Positions 63,898-64,000 of a DNA stretch of 64,000 nucleotides are shown here, piece after piece. How positions within the stretch are numbered: position 1 is the stretch's first letter; every line of letters begins with the position of its first letter. The translations under genes and the position numbers were made by a program. The notes beneath the pieces are model-generated. The model ran no database searches. It saw only the letters and a list, made by a program, of their open reading frames with translations, and was not told the DNA's origin. The stretch is from Marsupella aquatica (lineage: Eukaryota > Plantae > Marchantiophyta): assembly GCA_973895155.1 (NCBI GenBank), contig OZ316898.1:7365079-7429078 (forward strand). Direction: 5' to 3'.

Positions 63898-64000
63898 GAG
63901 ACTTCAAGTTCTCTGCCTCAAAGGAGTTGGTTCGTAATATTCTTTGGATTTTTCTTTCATTACTGCAAGCTGTGCTTATATCCTCATCATCTTATGGTTA

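Overview
Eukaryotic nuclear DNA from a land plant. GT-AG spliced genes, a WAT1/UMAMIT transporter, a Copia element with a tRNA-iMet PBS and Helitron ends support this; gene content suggests a non-seed plant such as a liverwort, which is inference. Host genes reconstructed by hand with splice phases checked: a 5'-truncated WAT1/EamA transporter (894-2813), an intronless fungal-type GTT1-like glutathione S-transferase (4664-5464), an MDR-family enoyl/quinone reductase (13968-16351), a 13-exon minus-strand NudC-type NADH pyrophosphatase fused in frame to a Janus/Ocnus (PHPT1-like phosphohistidine phosphatase) domain (17946-23499), a DGAT2/MGAT-family acyltransferase (36876-40852) and an AFG1/ZapE ATPase (44588-47795). 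Mobile DNA: a near full-length CRE-like RLE-endonuclease non-LTR retrotransposon (~26443-30643) inserted in a decayed gene, a young but defective Ty1/copia element (51244-57282) nested in a solo LTR, a second solo LTR of that host family, a Helitron with a duplicated 3' end, and many degenerate repeats and decayed ORFs. The strongest leads are the NudC-PHPT1 fusion, the probable fungus-to-plant GST transfer and the CRE-clade element. No database searches were run; all homology calls come from motif recognition.
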